Positions 6,806-7,011 of a stretch of DNA of 7,011 nucleotides are shown piece after piece; within the stretch, counting starts at the first letter, position 1; each line of letters opens with the position of its first letter. Made by a program: the position numbers and the translations under genes. The stretch comes from Octopus sinensis (taxonomy: Eukaryota). The notes under the pieces are model-generated. The model searched no databases. It saw only the letters and a program-made list of their open reading frames with translations, and was not told where the DNA came from. The stretch is from the NCBI RefSeq assembly GCF_006345805.1, contig NW_021829043.1, positions 1 through 7,011 of the forward strand. Reading direction: 5' to 3'.

Positions 6806-6807
<2 letters not shown>
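6310..6807 (-). repeat. Unclassified, probably repeat-derived sequence; possibly the decayed N-terminal region of a Penelope-like retroelement
   Basis: The segment ...acgggtagacgtcaacgcagaaaaatgtagagaag resembles a repeat I recall from octopus DNA. The minus-strand peptide NHLCRFFSKNLSFIRRLGREIPSDL is loosely like PLE N-termini (H..F..RC....IP..L). No RT or endonuclease motif is visible. Confidence 0.25.

Positions 6808-6866
<59 letters not shown>
6808..6866. repeat. (AT)29 perfect microsatellite
   Basis: Directly visible. It produces the IYIYIY tracts of ORFs 6593-6874 and 6690-6944. Confidence 0.97.
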
Positions 6867-6869
<3 letters not shown>

Positions 6870-7011
6870 ATCACCCGCCATATCGCGGTTCACCTATCGG
6901 GCACTCATACATCGCGAATTTTCTGGCTATATATATATATATAAATTTACATCGCGGCATCGTCAGTATATCACGGGTTTCTGCAGCCGATGCGTATTTA
7001 TATCTTTTTAG
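6865..7011. mobile_element. Left end of a pogo/Tigger-like DNA transposon or MITE (runs off the window)
   Basis: TA|tagtaatcacccgccatatcgcggttcacctatcgggc resembles Tigger-type TIRs (CAGT...CCCTCGCTATATCGCG) with a C>T change at base 1. Reiterated subterminal ATCGCG-like motifs lie near 6881, 6894, 6910 and 6950, and the element sits next to a TA run. The other TIR is not in the window. Confidence 0.55.

Noticed and set aside
4841-6944. ORFs 4841-5152, 5275-5526, 6094-6405, 6593-6874 and 6690-6944
   Set aside because: They are read-throughs of SINEs and of (TG)n or (TA)n microsatellites, giving low-complexity peptides.
6546-6968. Hammerhead ribozyme cores (CTGAAGA at 6546 and 6651; CTGACGA on the minus strand near 6961-6965)
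   Set aside because: None is followed by a paired stem II closing onto GAAA with a valid stem III and cleavage triplet.

Overview
Eukaryotic, AT-rich, repeat-dense non-coding DNA, probably intronic. The SINE and transposon families match ones I recall as abundant in Octopus (coleoid cephalopod) genomes; this taxon call is an inference. About half the window is interspersed repeat. It holds at least eight tRNA-derived SINE copies of three or four families, an internally deleted DD37D (maT) Tc1/mariner transposon with TIRs and TA target sites (4020-4904), the left end of a pogo/Tigger-like element (6865-end), a possible LINE 3' tail and many microsatellites. The only host-gene signal is a well-formed 101-bp + strand exon at 2076-2176 whose product I cannot identify, plus weaker acceptors at 3262 and 5460. 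Apart from part of the 4482-4736 ORF (dead transposase), the supplied ORFs look like chance or microsatellite artefacts. I found no convincing novel multi-gene system. The best leads are the orphan exon, rearranged or composite SINEs, and inverted SINE pairs that could form dsRNA in a pre-mRNA.
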